A stretch of DNA of 64,000 nt from positions 10,953 through 74,952 of the forward strand of contig CAWKMR010000036.1 in assembly GCA_963850705.1 (NCBI GenBank), in the 5' to 3' direction. Source of the stretch: an uncultured Alphaproteobacteria bacterium (GTDB lineage: Bacteria; Pseudomonadota; Alphaproteobacteria; Rhizobiales; Xanthobacteraceae). The position numbers were made by a program, and so were the translations under genes. Below the pieces are notes generated by a model, which had not been told where the DNA came from, did no database searches, and saw only the letters and a program-made list of their open reading frames with translations. This document shows, piece after piece, positions 20,435-31,965 of the stretch (position 1 is its first letter; every line of letters begins with the position of its first letter).

Positions 20435-22105
20435 ATGCTCACCCGGCTTTCGATCCGCGACATCGTCCTGATCGATCGGCTCGACATCGATTTCGCCGAG
20501 GGGCTTGCCGTGCTCACGGGCGAGACCGGTGCCGGTAAGTCGATCCTGCTCGATGCTTTCGCGCTGGCGCTCGGCGCGCGCGGCGATGCCACCCTGGTCC
20601 GAAATGGTGCGGAGCAGGGTCAGGTGACCGCTGCCTTCGAATTGCCGCGCAATCATCCGGTCCGCGCGCTCGCCGCGGACAATGGCGTTCCGGCCGACGA
20701 CGGATTGATCCTGCGGCGCGCGCAGTTTGCCGACGGCCGCACCCGCGCCTTCATCAACGACCAGCCGGTAAGCGTGCAGACGCTGCGCGCGCTCGGCTCG
20801 GCGCTGGTCGAGATCCACGGCCAGCACGACGACCGCGCGCTGGTCGATGCCGCGACCCACCGCATGCTGCTCGATGCGTTCGGCGGCCTCGATGACGAGG
20901 CCCAAGCAGTAACGCGGCTATGGAACGACCGCCGCGCCCGCGAGGAGGAACTCGCCGCGCATCGTGCCGACGTCGAGCGCGCACAGCGCGAGGCTGACTG
21001 GCTCCGCCATGCGGTCGAGGAATTGCGCCGGCTCAGTCCCGAGCCGGCGGAAGAGACCGCGCTCGCCGAGCGGCGCACCGCCATGATGCAGGTCGAGAAG
21101 GTCGCGGGCGATTTGCGCGAGGCGCATGACGCGGTCGCGGGCGCGCAGTCGCCGGTGCCGACGCTCGCTGCCGCGGTGCGGCGGCTCGAACGCCGCACCG
21201 CGCATGCGCCGGCGCTTATTGAGCCCGCAGTAAAAGCTTTCGATACCGCGCTCACCGCGCTCGACGAGGCGCGTTCCCACCTCGAAGGGGCGCTTGCCTC
21301 CGCCGACCACGATCCGCGCGAGCTTGAGCGGATCGAGGAGCGGCTGTTCGCGCTGCGCGCTGCGGCTCGCAAATACAACGTGCCGGTCGACCGGCTCAAT
21401 GCACTGGCCGAGCGTCATGCGGCCGACCTCGCGCTGATCGATGCCGGCGCCGAGAAGCTCGCCGTGCTCGAAAAGGCGGCAGGCGAGGCGGTGGAGCTCT
21501 ATCGCAAGGCCGCCGCCGCGCTCTCCGGCAAGCGCCGCAAGGCGGCCGAGAAGCTCGACAAGGCGGTCAATGCCGAGCTCAAGCCGCTTCGGCTCGAGCG
21601 CGCGACGTTCACCACCGATATCGCGACCGACGAGGCCGCCGCCGGTCCGCACGGGTTCGATCGCGTCGAGTTCTGGGTGCAGACCAACCCCGGCACGCGG
21701 CCAGGCCCGATGATGAAGGTCGCCTCCGGCGGCGAACTTGCGCGCTTCCTCCTGGCGCTCAAGGTCGTGCTGGCCGATCGCGGCTCGGCGCCGTCGCTGG
21801 TGTTCGACGAAATCGACACCGGCGTGGGCGGCGCGGTCGCCGACGCGATCGGCGCGCGGCTCTCGCGTCTGGCGCAACGTGCCCAGGTGATCGCGGTCAC
21901 GCACGCGCCGCAGGTCGCGGCGCGCGCCGGGCGGCATTACCTGATCAGCAAGGACACGCTCGATCGCGGCAAGCGGGTCGCGACCCGCGTCGCCGAGCTT
22001 GCAGCCGAGCGCCGCCGCGAAGAGATCGCGCGCATGCTCGCCGGCGCGGAGATCACCGCCGAGGCCCGTGCCGCCGCCGAGCGCCTGATCAAGGCGGCGG
22101 GGTAG
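20435..22105 (+). CDS. recN: DNA repair protein RecN
   Basis: 556-aa ORF: VLTGETGAGKSILLDAF, long coiled coil, KVASGGELARFLLALK, LVFDEIDTGVGGAVA. Confidence 0.95.
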   Translation: MLTRLSIRDIVLIDRLDIDFAEGLAVLTGETGAGKSILLDAFALALGARGDATLVRNGAEQGQVTAAFELPRNHPVRALAADNGVPADDGLILRRAQFADGRTRAFINDQPVSVQTLRALGSALVEIHGQHDDRALVDAATHRMLLDAFGGLDDEAQAVTRLWNDRRAREEELAAHRADVERAQREADWLRHAVEELRRLSPEPAEETALAERRTAMMQVEKVAGDLREAHDAVAGAQSPVPTLAAAVRRLERRTAHAPALIEPAVKAFDTALTALDEARSHLEGALASADHDPRELERIEERLFALRAAARKYNVPVDRLNALAERHAADLALIDAGAEKLAVLEKAAGEAVELYRKAAAALSGKRRKAAEKLDKAVNAELKPLRLERATFTTDIATDEAAAGPHGFDRVEFWVQTNPGTRPGPMMKVASGGELARFLLALKVVLADRGSAPSLVFDEIDTGVGGAVADAIGARLSRLAQRAQVIAVTHAPQVAARAGRHYLISKDTLDRGKRVATRVAELAAERRREEIARMLAGAEITAEARAAAERLIKAAG

Positions 22106-22134
22106 GGGCAGCATCCTCGGGCGGTAGTTGATGA

Positions 22135-22291
22135 GCCCTCTCCCCTTGAGGGAGAGGGCAGTGAGATCGTTCAACAAGAACGAATGGGTGAGGGGGTATC
22201 TTCGCAAGAACTCATTTTGCGAAGCAACACCCCTCACCCAATCGGAGCAAGTTGGTTGATCGCCTTGCCCTCTCCCTCAAGGGGAGAGGGC
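22135..22291. repeat. Composite palindromic repeat (GCCCTCTCC...GGAGAGGGC family)
   Basis: Hairpins GCCCTCTCCCCTTGAGGGAGAGGGC (22135..22159) and GCCCTCTCCCTCAAGGGGAGAGGGC (22267..22291) flank an internal hairpin GGGTGAGGGG...CCCCTCACCC. A related copy lies at 58951..59082. Confidence 0.8.
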
Positions 22292-22322
22292 ACAATAACA
22301 GCGATCGTCGGCGCGGCTTGCG

Positions 22323-23396
22323 CTACTCCACCAGTCTGAATTTCTGGATGCGCCGGCCCCAATCGGTCTCCGCGACATAGATGTTGCCCTGCGAGTCCAC
22401 CGTGATGGTGTGGCCGTGGGTGAAGTTGCCGATCTGGTGACCCGGCCGGCCGAAGCTCGACAGGATTTCACCGCTGACGTGGTCGAGGATGTGCACCTGC
22501 TCGGTGCCGCCGTTCATGACGTAGAGATAGCGCTGCTCCTTGTCGGGCGAGAACGCCACCCACCAGGCGGTGCCGCGCTTGTCCGGCAGCTTGCCGGACT
22601 TGTTCGGGATCGCGATGTTGCGCACGAAGGTGCCGTCCTTGCGGAACACCTGCACGCGGTTGCCCTGGCGGTCGCAGACGTAGAGCAGCCCGGCATTGCT
22701 CATGTGGATGCAGTGCACGACCTCGGCGAACACGCCGGGGACCGCCTTTTGCGTCTCCTCGTCGGTGGCCTGCCGGCCCCACTGCCGCAGGAATTTGCCG
22801 TCCTTGTCGAATACGATGACGCGGCGGTTGCCGTAGCCGTCGGAGACGAAAATCTCGCCATTGTCGGGGTCGATCACGATCGCCGACGGCATGTGGAGCT
22901 GGTCCTGGGCCGAATTCGTGCCCTTGCTCTTGCGCTTGCCGTCGACCGAATCAAACTTGCCGCGCTGGCCGATCTGCATCAGCAGCTTGCCCGCCGGATC
23001 GTATTTCTGGATCACGCCGTCGCTGTTGCCGGCGACCCAGACATTGCCCGCGAGATCGACAAAGCAACCGTGGATCGAGCCCGGCACCGTCTTCTGGTCG
23101 CCCCAGGAGGCGATCACGTCGCCGGCCGGGCTGAACTTGATGATCGATGGCGCCGACGTGGAGGTTTCCTTCTCCTCGTCGGTGATGTCGGCGCGGTTGA
23201 CGACAAAGACGTTATCGCCTTTGGCATCCATGCAGACGCCGCCGAGCCGTCCGGTGATCCAGTCGCCGGGCAGGTCTTTCGGCCATTTCGCATCGACCTC
23301 GAAGCGCGGCACGGTCTGCGCCGTCCCGGCCGATTGGTAGATTCCGCAAACGGCGGCAATCGCCGCAACGACTGCGGCGCGGTGGATCATGCTCAT
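22323..23396 (-). CDS. Secreted NHL-repeat six-bladed beta-propeller protein (peptidyl-alpha-hydroxyglycine alpha-amidating lyase-like)
   Basis: 357-aa ORF with signal peptide MSMIHRAAVVAAIAAVCGIYQSAGTAQ. Repeated blade motifs GEIFVSDGYGNRRVIVF, LLYVCDRQGNRVQVF, GNIYVAETDWGRRIQKF. Confidence 0.75.
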   Translation of the reverse strand: MSMIHRAAVVAAIAAVCGIYQSAGTAQTVPRFEVDAKWPKDLPGDWITGRLGGVCMDAKGDNVFVVNRADITDEEKETSTSAPSIIKFSPAGDVIASWGDQKTVPGSIHGCFVDLAGNVWVAGNSDGVIQKYDPAGKLLMQIGQRGKFDSVDGKRKSKGTNSAQDQLHMPSAIVIDPDNGEIFVSDGYGNRRVIVFDKDGKFLRQWGRQATDEETQKAVPGVFAEVVHCIHMSNAGLLYVCDRQGNRVQVFRKDGTFVRNIAIPNKSGKLPDKRGTAWWVAFSPDKEQRYLYVMNGGTEQVHILDHVSGEILSSFGRPGHQIGNFTHGHTITVDSQGNIYVAETDWGRRIQKFRLVE

Positions 23397-23407
23397 GGTT
23401 CGCCTCC

Positions 23408-24674
23408 CTATTCGAATTTCCGGCCGCCGATATAGACGGCATCGAGCGCGCGCATGTTGAGGATGTCGTCGAGCGGGTTCTTGGTGAGCACCAGCAGGTC
23501 GGCGGCCTTGCCGAGCGTGAGCGAGCCGTAGTCGTTCTGGATGCCGTAGGCCTCCGCGTTGTTGCGCGAGAACGCCTGGATCACCTGCATCGGCGTCAGC
23601 CCGGCCTGCACCATCAACTCCATCTGCCGGTGCTCGAAGAAGCCCTGCACGAAGAAGCGGTCGGGATCGCCGCCGGAGTCGGTGCCGAAACCGAAGCGGA
23701 CGCCGGCATCGACCATCTTCTTGAGGTTCTTCTTGTCGATCTCGAACGCGCGGATGGCGCGGTCGCGGCCCGGCATCTTCGCCTGAGCGTCGCGCACCTT
23801 GCCGGTGAGCACCGCCATCCGCTCCGGCGGCACCGACTTGGTGAAGAACGGATTGTCGGTGAAGCCGCGGCCGTCGCTGCCAAAGACGAACATGCCTTCT
23901 TCGCGGGCGAGGGTGGAGATGACCGTGATGTTGCGGTCCTTCAGCCGCGCGATGAAGTCGTTACCGACCTCCTGGTCGCGCACGTTATGCAGGAGAATGC
24001 GCACGCCTTCGTCGATCACCATGTTGGCGTCGGCGAGCTCGACGATATGCGCGCCGGTGATGAGGTTGTGCTTGCGCCCCTGGTCGACGATAGCCGTGAC
24101 CATCTCGCGCGAAAGCCGCGGAATCTTGCCGCCCTGGGGATCGATCCAGACCTTGATCACGTCCGCGCCCTTGGCTGCGATCTCGTCGACCTTGCCGCGC
24201 GCGGCGTCCGGTGTCCGGTAGTCGTAGCCGGCGCCGGCCGCCTGCATGGTCGTGAAGCGATACATCGTCGTGAGCACGCGCGAGCCGCGGATGTCGCCGG
24301 CGCGGGTGCGCGCCTTGTACTCCGCGATGGCGTCCGGATCGGACGCCATGCTGGTGGTCGTGGTCACGCCGTAGAGCGCGTATTGGCGCACCTGCCGCTC
24401 GTGCGGCGCGGGCCCGACATGGCCGTGGCCGTTGATGATGCCGGGCACGACGTATTTGCCGGAGAGATCGACGATAGTGGCGCCGGCCGGAGGCGTGATC
24501 CCCGTGCCGATGGCCGTGATGCGGCCGGCCTGCATCACGATCGTTGCGCCGCGCTGACGGCGCCGCGCCGGTGCCGTCGATCAGCGTGGCGTTGGTGAGG
24601 GCGGTGACCTGGGCTGCGGCGCTGCCGTTGATGCAGAACGCGGCGGTGGCGGCGGCGATGGCGAACGCTCGCAT
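23408..24674 (-). pseudogene. Secreted metal-dependent amidohydrolase (imidazolonepropionase / Xaa-Pro dipeptidase-like), one frame break
   Basis: N-terminus MRAFAIAAATAAFCINGSAAAQVTALTNATLIDGTG (ORF 23985..24674) joins ORF 23408..24538 (GRITAIG...YVVPGIINGHGHVG, HxH metal motif). Break near 24555. Confidence 0.75.
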
Positions 24675-24760
24675 GATGAGCTCCGAGATGTGAGGTTAGC
24701 TGCGTCCCGTCCTCATCCTCAGGCGGAGCGATGAGGACGGTCGGTTCATGAGGCGGTCGA

Positions 24761-26016
24761 CTAGGCCCGGCGCACCATCGCCGGGACGAGGTGCTTGATC
24801 GTGGGCGCGCCCATCTGCTGCATCATGCCTGAGAGCTCGAGGCGCAGCAGCTCGAGCACGCGCTCGACGCCCGGCTGCCCGAACGCGCCCAGGCCCCAGA
24901 TGTAGGGCCGGCCGACGCAGACCGCGGTCGCGCCCATGCACAGCGCCTTGACGATGTCGGAGCCGCGGCGGAAGCCGGAGTCGACGAAGATCGGCATCCG
25001 CCCCTTCACCGCCTCGACGATCTCCGGCAGCGCGTCGATGGTCGAGCGGCCGCTATCCTCGCTGCGGGCGCCGTGGTTGGAGACGATGATGCCGTCGATG
25101 CCGTTGTCGGCGGCGAGCACGGCGTCCTCCCAGGCCAGGATGCCCTTGATCACGATCTTCATCTTGGTGGTGTCGCGCAGCCGCTTGAGGAATTCCCAGG
25201 TCATGCCGGACGACTGCGTGTTGCTGAGCTTCGAGATGTCGATGCCTTGATACATCGAGCGCCGCCGCTGGTTGGCGGTCAGGCTCGAGCGGTCGTGGCA
25301 GTCGTCGCAATTGCGCTTGTCGAGGGCGCGCAGCCGGAACAGGGTCTCCTGATTGCGGCCGCCATTGCGGTCGACGGTCACGGCGACCACCGGACATCCG
25401 GCCTTTTCGGCGCGGGCGACCAGCGCCTTGGCGACATCCCAGCTATTGGAGGCATAGAGCTGGTACCAGATCGGTGCCCCGCGCGCGGCGGTGACGTCCT
25501 CGACCCCGGCGGTGGTCGCTGTCGACAGGATCTGGCAATGATTGCCCGCCTTTGCGGCGCGAGCGGTGTCCAGCTCGCCTTCGGGGGCGAACATCCGGTG
25601 GCCGCCGACCGGCGCCAGCATGATCGGGCGTCGGATAGCGCTCGCCGAGAATGTCGACGCTCATGTCGACCTTGCGGACGTCGACCAGGCGGCGCGGGCG
25701 CAGCACGAATTTCTGGAAGCCCTCGCGGTTGGCGCGCAGCGTCATCTCGTCGTCGATGCCGGACGCCATGTAGCCGAAATGCGCCGGCGGGACGTTCTTG
25801 AACATCACCGGCTCGAAGTCGAAGACGTTGATCGCTTCCTTCGGGCTTGAGATCAGCTTGTCGAGGCCGCGGTGCCCCCACAGCATGGGGTCGGGCAGCA
25901 GGTTCGGAGTTCTCGGACGCCGCCCAGGCGGCGAGATCGGTGCCCGCGAGCAGGGGGCTCGCGGCGAGGAATTTCAGGAATTTGCGGCGGCTGGTGGCTT
26001 GATCGTCGAGCGACAT
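24761..26016 (-). pseudogene. FMN-dependent alpha-hydroxy-acid dehydrogenase/oxidase family protein with twin-arginine signal, paralog 1, two frame breaks
   Basis: ATG 26016 (GGGAGG SD) gives MSLDDQATSRRKFLKFLAASPLLA. It continues in ORF 25443..25886 (INVFDFEPVMFKNVPPAHFGYMASG) and ORF 24761..25621 (IIVSNHGARSEDSG, DSGFRRGSDIVKALCMGA). Breaks near 25900 and 25625. Confidence 0.8.
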
Positions 26017-26146
26017 GATGTGACCTCCCTTGGGTCGCGCCGCCATGCCTCGTTGAGCCGGGCATGGTGGTGCGCGCCTGAGCCGATCCTAGCGCGTTGA
26101 GCCGACCAAACAACGGGCTTGCGGCCGCGTTGGCGCGAAGCCCGAT

Positions 26147-27395
26147 CTAGGCTCTCCGCACCATCGCGGGCACGAGGTGCTTGAGTGTGGGTGCGCCCAT
26201 CTGCTGCATCTGCGCGCGGGTCTCGATGCGCAGCAGTTCGAGCACGCGCTCGGCGCCGGGCTGTCCGAACGCGCCGAGTCCCCAGAGATAGGGCCGGCCG
26301 ACGCAGACCGCTTTCGCGCCCATGCACAGCGCCTTGACGATGTCGGAGCCGCGGCGGAAGCCGGAATCGATCAGCACCGGCATGTCGCCGGCGACCGCGA
26401 TGATCTCCGGCAGCGACTCGATGGTGGAGGGGCCGCCGTCCTCGGCGCGGCCGCCGTGGTTCGATACGATGACGGCGTCAATGCCGTTCTTGCGGGCGAG
26501 CTCGGCATCCTCCCAGGTGATGATGCCCTTGATCACCATCTTCATCTTGGTGATGTCGCGTATCCGCTTGATGTAGTCCCAGCTCATGGCCGACGACAGG
26601 GTGTTCGTCATTCCGGTCATGTCGAGACCCTGGTAGGCGGGCCGGTTCTTGAGGTTGGCGGCGACGCTCGAACGGTCGTGACAGTCGCGGCATTGCCGGC
26701 TGTCGGCACGCGCCATCCGCCGTTCGGTTTCGGTATTGCGTCCGGCGCTGCGGTCGACCGTCACCGCCACCGCCACGCAGCCGGCGCGCTCGGCGCGTCG
26801 CACATGGTGCGCCGCGATGTCGTAGTTGTTGGTGGCATAGAGCTGGAACCAGATCGGGGCGCCGCGCGCCTTGGTGACGTCTTCGACCGAGGTTGAAGCC
26901 TGGTTGGACAGGATCATCAAATGATTGCCGGCTTTGGCAGCTTGAGCGACGGCGATTTCGCCATCGGGGTGAAAGGCCCGGTGGCTGCTGGTCGGACAGA
27001 TGCCGACCGGGCTCGCATAGGTGTGCCCGAACAGCTCGACGGTCGTATCCGGCTTTGCTGACGTCGACCAGCCGGCGCGGGCGCAGCACGAATTTCTGGA
27101 AGCCTTCGCGATTGGCGCGCAGCGTCTGCTCGTCGTCGATACCGGTCGCCATGTAGCCGAAATGCGCCGGCGGCACGTTTTTCGCCATCACCGGCTCGAA
27201 GTCGAAGACGTTGAGCGCTTCCTTCGGGTCCTTGATCAGCCGGTCGAGATTGCGCGGCGACCAGACCATCGGGTCCGGCAGGCGGTTGGGCGACTCGTTG
27301 GCGAAGGCGGCAAGGTCGGATGCGGCCAGGAGCGGGCTGGCGGCAAGGAATTGCAGGAATTTGCGGCGGCTCGCCGTTTGCACGTCGATCGGCAT
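26147..27395 (-). pseudogene. FMN-dependent alpha-hydroxy-acid dehydrogenase/oxidase family protein with twin-arginine signal, paralog 2, one frame break
   Basis: ATG 27395 (GGAGGA SD) gives MPIDVQTASRRKFLQFLAASPLLA...LNVFDFEPVMAKNVPPAHFGYMATG (ORF 26478..27395). It joins ORF 26147..26920 (VIVSNHGGRAEDGG, DSGFRRGSDIVKALCMGA). Break near 27055. Confidence 0.8.
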
Positions 27396-27525
27396 GGGTT
27401 TCCTCCGTCCCTTTGGGCTGCGCCGTCACGCCTCCTTGAACGGGCATGATCGGTCGCACCTTGGCGCGATCTTATCCGGCGCGCTGACCTGTGGAAATCG
27501 CCCTTTGGCACAGGAGCGCCGATGA

Positions 27526-29682
<2,157 letters not shown>

Positions 29683-29691
29683 CGAACAAGC

Positions 29692-29723
29692 GTCATGCCC
29701 GGGGCGAGCCCAGGCATCGACGC
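29692..29723. repeat. Short REP-like hairpin (GTCATGCCCGG family)
   Basis: GTCATGCCCGGGGCGAGCCCAGGCATCGAC just after the ligA stop. Related to 45031..45094 and 59336..59500. Confidence 0.5.
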
Positions 29724-29744
29724 TCGTTGCACGCTCATGTATCG

Positions 29745-29900
29745 CTAAACGCGTCCTGTCAGCATCAGGATCAGGACGATAATCAGGATGAGGCCGAGAC
29801 CACCGCCGGGACCGTAGCCCCAGTTGCGGCTGTAGCCCCAGGTCGGAAGCGCGCCAATCAGCGCAAGAATCAGAACGACAATCAGAATGGTCGTCAGCAT
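29745..29900 (-). CDS. DUF3309-like small membrane protein (51 aa)
   Basis: Inside ORF 29745..29930. MLTTILIVVLILALIGALPTWGYSRNWGYGPGGGLGLILIIVLILMLTGRV, two hydrophobic helices around a Gly/Tyr-rich loop. Confidence 0.65.
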   Translation of the reverse strand: MLTTILIVVLILALIGALPTWGYSRNWGYGPGGGLGLILIIVLILMLTGRV

Positions 29901-30014
29901 GGTTGCCTCGCTCGCTAACGTGTCGACCAATAACGTTTGGAGCGAAGTAAAGTTCCGACGTACAGCGCAGCGGTGAAGGATCGCAATCGCGCTCGTAGCG
30001 GCACTGACCGTGCG

Positions 30015-31082
30015 CTACCTCACCCCGCCCTGGTTCACCGCCGGGCCGGTGTATGCCTCGAATCGCTTGCGCAGGTCTGCGATCAGCTTGTCGTCGGTGA
30101 TGAACTCGCGGAACGCGTTGGCAATCTTGTACGAGGTCAACGGCTTGAAGCCTGGCGGTGGCGGCACGTCGAGCCGCGGCGAGAAGGTGCCGAGCCGCGA
30201 CTGCTGTTCCTTCGCCAGGTACCACGTCAAGAAGAGCTTGGCGGCGTTCGGATGCGGCGCGTCTTTGAAGATGCCGCCGGTGACCGTGAACACCGGCGTC
30301 TCGTCCTCGGCCGAGAACGCGATCTCGATCGGCGCGCCCTCGCGCTTGAGCGCACCGGCCGTGGTGATCGTTGCGTCGAGCGTGGCGGCCATCTTGCCGT
30401 CGGCGATGGCGCGCGCCACCGGGAGATGGCCCTGGATGAAGTGCGGCTTGTTGGCCATGTAGCGGTCCATCCAGTTCCAGCCATGCTTCTGCACGATCAG
30501 GTGGAACAGATAGAGCGCCGCGTCGTCGTCGTGCGGATAGACGCTGATGAGCTTGCCCTGGAACGCAGGCTTGAGAAAATCCAGCGCCGACTTCGGCACA
30601 TCATCGGCGCGAACGAGGTTGGTGTTGTAGGCGTAGGCGATTGCGACGGCGGCGAACGCCATGTAGGTGCCGTTCGGATCGCGCAGGTTGGGGATGATCT
30701 GGTCGAAGCCGTCGGGCTTGAACGCGAGCAGTTTGTCCCGCCTCGTCCAGTTTACGAAGTCCTGCACGGTCTGGAAAAACGCGAAATCAACCTCGAGCTT
30801 GCCGGCGGCCAGTTGCTGCTCGATGCGCTCGTTGAGCACGTTGCTGAAGCCGCCCGACACCGAGACCTGAATGCCCGGGAATTTCTCCTGGAACTGCTTG
30901 ATGCGTGCCTCATACGGCGCGGTCGGTCCGCCGGCATAGAACATCAGCGATTTCTCGGCCTTCGCCTTTTCGTAGAGCTGCTCCACGGTCTCGGCGCGCG
31001 CAGCGGCTGTGGCGGTCACCAGCGCCGCTACGATGCAGATCGGCAGCAGCCGGCCGACGGTCATTGCGGCGATCATGGTCAT
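30015..31082 (-). CDS. ABC-transporter periplasmic substrate-binding protein (family 1, iron(III)/polyamine-like)
   Basis: Inside ORF 30015..31274. ATG 31082 gives MTMIAAMTVGRLLPICIVAALVTATAAARAE (signal peptide), then a typical SBP body (LMFYAGGPTAPYEARIKQFQEKFPGIQV). Confidence 0.8.
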   Translation of the reverse strand: MTMIAAMTVGRLLPICIVAALVTATAAARAETVEQLYEKAKAEKSLMFYAGGPTAPYEARIKQFQEKFPGIQVSVSGGFSNVLNERIEQQLAAGKLEVDFAFFQTVQDFVNWTRRDKLLAFKPDGFDQIIPNLRDPNGTYMAFAAVAIAYAYNTNLVRADDVPKSALDFLKPAFQGKLISVYPHDDDAALYLFHLIVQKHGWNWMDRYMANKPHFIQGHLPVARAIADGKMAATLDATITTAGALKREGAPIEIAFSAEDETPVFTVTGGIFKDAPHPNAAKLFLTWYLAKEQQSRLGTFSPRLDVPPPPGFKPLTSYKIANAFREFITDDKLIADLRKRFEAYTGPAVNQGGVR

Positions 31083-31156
31083 GAGCGTTCCCCCGTTCTT
31101 CCGATTTTGGCGAACCATATCACGGGCTGCGCGGTGGGGGAGACGCCAGCCGCGTC

Positions 31157-31495
31157 TTAAAGCGTAATGACCTGGTCCGGCATGTTGCCGGAGAGCGCCT
31201 TGTAGAGATCGGGGAAGCAGCCGATCGGCACGCCGGGAAACAGCTTGTCGGCAATTTCGCGTTCGTAGCAGCATTGGTCGCAGCCCATCAGCAGCATGCC
31301 GCTGTCTTTCGCGACCTTGTGCAGGCGTGCGCCGATCGGATTGCCGTCGACCAGCACGTAATTGTTGTCCTCGAAGAAGAACATGCCGACGACGTCGACG
31401 CCGTGCCGCTTCTGCTCGAGCTGCGGCAGGATCATCTTGGCGAGCACATAAGAGATGTTATGGCGCTGCGTGGCGAAAATGTAGGCGACTTTCAT
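31157..31495 (-). CDS. DsrE/TusD-like sulfur-relay family protein (112 aa)
   Basis: MKVAYIFATQRHN...VVGMFFFEDNNYVLV...LLMGCDQCCYEREI. Size and conserved Cys region resemble the DsrE fold. Confidence 0.6.
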   Translation of the reverse strand: MKVAYIFATQRHNISYVLAKMILPQLEQKRHGVDVVGMFFFEDNNYVLVDGNPIGARLHKVAKDSGMLLMGCDQCCYEREIADKLFPGVPIGCFPDLYKALSGNMPDQVITL

Positions 31496-31910
31496 CAGTT
31501 GGTTCTCCCCGTTTCAAATCATCCGCCGCAAGAAGCGCGGCGCGAAAGGCGGCAATCGCGAGCACCGCACGGTCGCGCTTGAGCGCGGGCACGCCGGGTA
31601 CGCTGTCGACGAGGTTCGCGGCGGTCAGCCCGCGCGCGATCTCGAGCCGGAAGCCCGGCGCGATCTCGGCGATGTATTCGCAATAGGCGATGAGGGTCGC
31701 GCAGCATGAGGCCTGGAAACCGACGGCCGTGATCCGGCCCTCCGCCACGTCCAGGCTGAATGACGCGGCGTTGTCTTCGGTGCCAGTGCAGGGAGCGCCC
31801 GCAATCGCGCGCGGCACCTCGCGATTTCTCCGGAAGCCGCGTTCGAACAACTCCGCGACCGTCAGGCGCGGAGTCGCGCTGCAGCATGCCTCGCGGCAGG
31901 TCGCAGTCAT
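31458..31910 (-). CDS. IscU/NifU-N-terminal-like scaffold-domain protein, atypical (third Cys ligand absent)
   Basis: GAPCTGTEDNAASFSLDVAEGRITAVGFQASCCATLIAYCEY matches the IscU layout (C...D...GC). The usual HCS Cys is replaced (KRDRAVLA), and there is an extra N-terminal CREACC. The ORF overlaps the DsrE-like start by 38 nt. Confidence 0.55.
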   Translation of the reverse strand: MTATCREACCSATPRLTVAELFERGFRRNREVPRAIAGAPCTGTEDNAASFSLDVAEGRITAVGFQASCCATLIAYCEYIAEIAPGFRLEIARGLTAANLVDSVPGVPALKRDRAVLAIAAFRAALLAADDLKRGEPTDESRLHFRHAAP

Positions 31911-31965
31911 TTCAAGCGCCCAGAATGTGATTGCGGCATGGTCGTTCCGAAAACCGGTTCGTGCG

